This document shows positions 59,275 through 64,000 of a DNA stretch of 64,000 nucleotides, piece after piece. Made by a program: the position numbers and the translations under genes. The DNA is from Rhynchopus sp. YZ270_cl-10 (Eukaryota). The stretch's first letter is position 1, and each line of letters opens with the position of its first letter. The DNA lies in the NCBI GenBank assembly GCA_964035575.1, contig OZ037836.1, positions 1,116,001 through 1,180,000 of the forward strand, given 5' to 3'. The notes under the pieces are model-generated. The model did not search any database and was not told the origin of the DNA. It saw only the letters and a program-made list of their open reading frames with translations.

Positions 59275-62120
59275 TTTCAATAGTTCTGTAACCTCTCTCT
59301 CTTTTACGGCAGGTAACCGGTTGAGGTGATACTTCCGGACTGAGGAAGGGCATTCTTTTACTTTTTTTATTTTGCCTGGACGGGGATGGGGGCGGCTTTG
59401 TCTAGATTGTTTTTATTTTGTAGTCTTTTGTTGGGTTAAGGGGATTGGCAGACAACACTGAGGACCTCCTTGGGCCACAGCTGTTGGCGTTGTCTAGCTC
59501 TACCCGGCTGTACACGGTCGGCCTGAAAACAGGTCCGAATCTAGGCTATGTGAACGAAATAAAAATAGCCAAAAAAGAAGGAGAAAGGGAAGAAGGGGGG
59601 GGGAGAGGGGAGAAAAAGTAAAAAGAAGTCTCTAAAGTCTATGCGGCGGAGCGAAGGCGCGTCTGCACAAGACTCCTCAGGCGATTGCACAGCGTCGACG
59701 CCTTCCTCAGCTCCTCCTGACTCAACATCGGCCTCACTGCAGTCCTCCACCGCCCACAGTACTCGAAAGCCTCCGCCGCCGTCATAGAGTCCCCGCCTTG
59801 GGAGCTGAAATGAGTGGTAGTGGGATAGAACAACCCCTCCCACTCATCAGCGGTCTCTGGAATAGGCAAGTCAAACCCGGGGCAGGGCGCTATGTCATTC
59901 CATACCGGCACAGGGTTCGGGAGGGCTGGTGGTGCGGATTGGTAGCCACTCTCCGATGGTGTGTCTGTGCTGGGGACCGAGGTTGCGCCAGGCAAGGGAA
60001 CTGCGTGCTGGGACCCGCCAAGGAGGTCCGCGGAGTACGCACTGTCTTGCGAGGCGACGTGTGGCTGCTCACTCGTGTCAGCGTGAGAGTGAGCTGCCTC
60101 AGAGGACGTGTATACGGGGAGGGCTGGGGTGGTGTTTGAATAGCCACTCTCCGTATGGGTCCTTGATGGCTGCGCCTGCGACGTAGCGACCTGCGGAACA
60201 GCGTGAGGCTGCTCTCTCGTGCTGGTGGATGAGGGAACAGCCACATCAGACGCGGGTACGGGGAGGGCTGCGTGGGTGTTGTAATAGCCACTCTCCGTAT
60301 TTGTCTGATGCTGCTGAGACTCGTCCGATGCAGAGTGCGCCTGCGACGAAGTGCCAGGTTGGACAGGGGTCTGCACGACCTGGGGCGCGGAGGAGGTAGA
60401 GAGGGCTGGGGTGGTGTTTGAATAGCCACTCTCTACATCCATGGCATCCGTCGGAGCCTTACGCAACCGGGCACGAAGCTGGTCCCTGTTCTTCTTGATG
60501 GTAGCCCCACTCGTGGCCACGCGTTTATCCCGCTGCTCCTGCAACAAGTCATTACTCTTGGGGTCCGCTGCTGGATGTGTGCGCGCAGTGACACCTGAGG
60601 AACTCGGTAAGCTGACAACCGCTGGAGCCCGTGGGCAGGAAGAGCAGCTGAGGGGACGACACTGCCGGCACGCCCAAGCCACGCACTCCCCGCACTGCCA
60701 GTGCTGCTCACTGCCGAGGACAGCAGACCCGCACACCTCACATTTCCCGAAATCCTCTCTCGTTCCGTCCTGAGGGTAGTCCAGCATTGCCACGCGGGAC
60801 ACACAAGTGAGCGACGGCAGGCGCGGCGTCGGAGGCTGCATCAGGAAGTACTGCCTCAGTTTCTCCGGGATGGTGACCGGCGTGAAGTGGCCCACCGTGC
60901 GGCCGTCGTGAGCCAGCGCAAACACATTCTGGTAATTCGTCGCACTCGAGGGGGTGAAGAGCGAAGGCTTATGACCACCCACAAACACCACCACCAGCGA
61001 GTTCAGAGCGCGTGCAAGGCCGGCAACGGTCACAGTGTCAGCCCAGGTATCCGATCGATCACACCCAGCGATGAGCATCCGCCGCGACCACACGGCGACA
61101 TTCGGTTCAGCCCGTGCCGCCAGGTCCGCGTCTTGGACTACCTGTGCAACCGCAACCTGCCTCAGGGACCCCGCGTTCTTCCCGCTCAAGTGTGCCATAG
61201 CGTCGAAACAGCAGTCACCCACGGTGTAGCGGAAGTTCGCGGGAGTGGAGCATCCGACGGCGGACAGCTGCACCGCTAGGGCAGGAGGGGAGTCACCCTC
61301 ATGCAGCTTCTCATAGGCCGCAGCTGGGTCCTCGCAGGGAGCTACTTCCACGACGACGGAAGACTGATGAACAGGGTTCTTGCGCGCCTGCCGCTGTAAC
61401 CACCTCTCCATCGCCGCAGTAGCCTCATCAACATCAGCCGCACTTCGTGGATCAGGGGTTGGTTCCTCAACAATCTCACAGTCTTGCTCAGCGAGCCGGT
61501 ACAGGTGGTCGTCCACGTATGTAGGGAAGCGATCGTCTGGGGCGTCGTCAGGTGTGACGTAGTAGTCTGGGGTACGTTCGACAGTATCAGCCGGCACTGC
61601 ATCACGATCACCCCCAAGGCCGAAACACAAGGCCCCCCGCTTCAACAACGTGGCACCCACCTCCCGCTGTACACACACGGCCAGACGCTCATTCCATTTG
61701 GCCGAGGCCAAGACCTTATCCCCGTCCGCACGCTCCGCGGCAATCTTGTTCAGGTGCCGCCACAGCGTGGCTGCTTCCGGCCCCAGCCCCCCAAAGACCT
61801 CGGCCGCAAAAGCGGAGAAGGAAATGTGTGCTGTCCTGCAAGCTTTGCCGTGCTTATCGCGCTTCCAGGACTGATGCTTGACCGCTGCGTGCCCCACCGC
61901 TCGCGCCGCCTCCTGTACATGCGAAGAGGCCAGGGGGTTCGCAACCACACAGTCTACCGCCCTGGCTCTACCGTCACCTATGCCGATGGGGAAGAAGATG
62001 TCTGCTGGCTTGGTACCCCCGAGGACGATGTGCTTGGGTTCCAAGGCCGGAGCGAGACCTGCCTTCGAACCTAGCGTGCCCACCAGATCCCGGAGCCGGT
62101 CGTGCCTGCGAATCGTGCAA
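59275..62120 (-). mobile_element. 5'-truncated CRE-clade-like non-LTR retrotransposon
   Basis: Short poly(A) end at ~59269-59277; GATTTTTT duplicated at 59267-59274 and 62121-62128; empty site at ~59054-59080. Confidence 0.85.
59639..62120 (-). CDS. Truncated retrotransposon ORF: RLE endonuclease - OTU-like protease - Cys-rich Zn finger - low-complexity tail
   Basis: RRHDRLRD..LEP..KPADI..AVDCVVANPL..KRDKH..FAAEVFGGLG (RLE); GDCCFDA..LRQ..WAD..GHF (OTU-like); CxxC clusters. No RT domain is present. Confidence 0.8.
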
Positions 62121-62561
62121 GATTTTTTGACAAGGCGCTGGCCCATACAAAATGCACTGGTGGTACAGAAAATGGCTGGGGAATAAACTCTAGATGCTCA
62201 AAACAGCCCAATTCATGCTTTTTTTGACTTTTTGGTCTCAGAAGGGTACCTAGGGTGTAGTGAGCAGGCCTCAAAAACACTTGTGAAAAAAAAAAAATTT
62301 TTTTTTTTTTTGAGATTTTTGAAAAATCGGCCGATTTTGCGACCAAATTTGGCTGGGGAATTTCGGCGACCAAAGGGTCCCCCCTTTGGAAAAAAAACGA
62401 AATCGACCAAAAAAGGTACCCTAACATTTCGGTTTTTTTCGGTTTTCATTTCGTTTTTTTCGGTTTTTCTGGTACAAGGGGAAATTTCCCTTTGCGAAAA
62501 AAAAAAAAAACGAAATGGACCGAATTACACCGAATTGGACCGAACAGTTAGGGTACCTCCT

Positions 62562-63065
62562 TTGGAAGTGTTTTTTTGGTGTTTTTACATCAAAAAAAAA
62601 TGGTATGGCAATGGTATGGCAGCGCTCCGGCAGCACTCCAGCATGCTGTTTGACCCATATAGGGGTCAAGAAATGGCTAAAAACCCCCGAAAAAGGACCC
62701 TGGGAGCCCAGATAGTTCCAAATTTCCACCACATCCCCACCCAAACACCGCAAAAACACGACAGAAAGTCGTCTTAAAAAACACACATTTTTCAAAAAGG
62801 TCATTATGGAACCTGCCTGATTACCTTTTTGAAAAAAGTGTGTTTTTTAAGAGGATTTTCTGTCGTGTTTTTGCGGTGTTTGGGTGGGGATGTGGTGGAA
62901 ATTTGGAAAGATTGGGGTTCCGGGGGCCCTTTTTCGGGGGTTATAACCAAAAATATGGCCGAGAATGTGGTCGAGCAACGGTGGCAGTGCTGTCCCGGGG
63001 GCGGTCCGGGGGTTTTATGGGGGTGTTTTTCAGCGTGAAAACACCAAAAAAACACTTCCAAAAGT
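62562..63065. repeat. Imperfect foldback formed by a direct and an inverted copy of the TIR subsequence
   Basis: 62562-62805 is inverted at ~62822-63065. Confidence 0.8.
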
Positions 63066-64000
63066 GTCAAATATGTCCAAAACAGGTTGGAATGGACTCA
63101 CAGGCCACTTTTGGGGTATATTTGTGCCAAAGGAGGTTTTGTGATGTTAAAAAATAACCGTTTTTTTGGGTTTTTCTTGAAAAATCGCTATTTTGCCCAA
63201 CATGGCCAAAACCGTCAAAAAGCCGTTTTTTCACTATTTTTTTCCATTTTTTTGTATTCTGGGGTGGCTTCTGGGTCGTTTTTCGGCCCACAGGCCCCCT
63301 GTGACCCACTCTGAGGGTGTTTTTCACCCGCAGTTGCCTTGGAAATGACCAGAAGTTTAAAAATGAGTTTTTGGTACGAAATTTTATACACAAGTCTATT
63401 AGGAGTCGGACCCCCTAACCCCCCCCCTTAGGGCCCCCCCCTATAGGGGTAGTGGTGTCAGTATTCTGATGGGAGCCCATTGGAATACACAAAATACATC
63501 AAAATACATCAAAATACACGTGTATTTTGATGTATTTTGATGTATTTTGATGCCAAAAATACATCAAAATACGTGACGTTGAGTAGATGCGTAGACAAAG
63601 CAGTTTGACCCCAACACACACCAACAATGGGGGGGGGGAAAGCTAATTTTGACTGGGAAAAAAAAATTGAAACCGCCCCTACTTTTTTTTTTTTTGTACT
63701 TTTGTGATTTTTTAATACTCTGTAACCTCTACACGCTTTTACGGCAGGTAACCGGTTTGAGGTGAAAGTGTGGAGACACAGCCCAGTGGCACCTACTCGG
63801 GCACAAAGCCTGGAGGGCCTGATGGAGACAAGCAATTTTTTGGTCTGCACATACTACAACTTCACTTTTTTTGTAAATTTGTTTTTTGGAAACGTGAACA
63901 AACATGAATGCTACACTTCCACCACAACATCCTCTAATTCACTCGGCATCCACCACGTGTTCACCACCTTCGCTTTGAGGTAGGTGTGGAGCGCAGCCAG

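Larger units (their letters stand above)
53027..63415. mobile_element. ~10.4-kb non-autonomous element with ~550-bp TIRs, inflated by nested retro-insertions
   Basis: GGGGGTCCGACT...AGTCGGACCCCC flanked by TA; ~53050-53590 is inverted at ~62850-63378. Confidence 0.8.

Noticed and set aside
59330..59360. Hammerhead-like CTGAGGA core
   Set aside because: No appropriately placed GAAA or stems.
62121..62146. Start of the 835-aa ORF
   Set aside because: It lies in host target sequence beyond the truncation junction.
1..64000. rRNA, canonical tRNA or spliced-leader RNA genes
   Set aside because: None were recognised by eye; a covariance-model search is needed to exclude them.

Overview
This is eukaryotic, transposon-dense DNA, probably from a protist. 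The intronless same-strand gene pairs with polypyrimidine tracts and the CRE/SLACS-type retroelements suggest Euglenozoa, but that is inference. The credible host genes are three paralogous ubiquitin-like + 25-aa LRR + bipartite-NLS genes with 6, 8 and 9 LRRs, and two paralogous 532-aa genes with lipoxygenase-like His motifs, each just downstream of a Ubl-LRR gene. The rest is nested mobile DNA: an intact DD37E Tc1/mariner element and a rearranged relative, a piggyBac remnant, hAT-, MULE-, CMC- and pogo-like non-autonomous elements, GTAC-containing satellites inside TIR elements, and large foldbacks. A ~10.4-kb TIR element hosts three retro-insertions. The most unusual items are (1) a 5'-truncated CRE-like non-LTR retrotransposon whose RLE endonuclease runs in frame into an OTU-like protease and a Zn finger, (2) the diversifying Ubl-LRR/lipoxygenase-like cassette, and (3) an alternating 95-bp array of structured units. 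All calls are from reading by eye; no searches were run.
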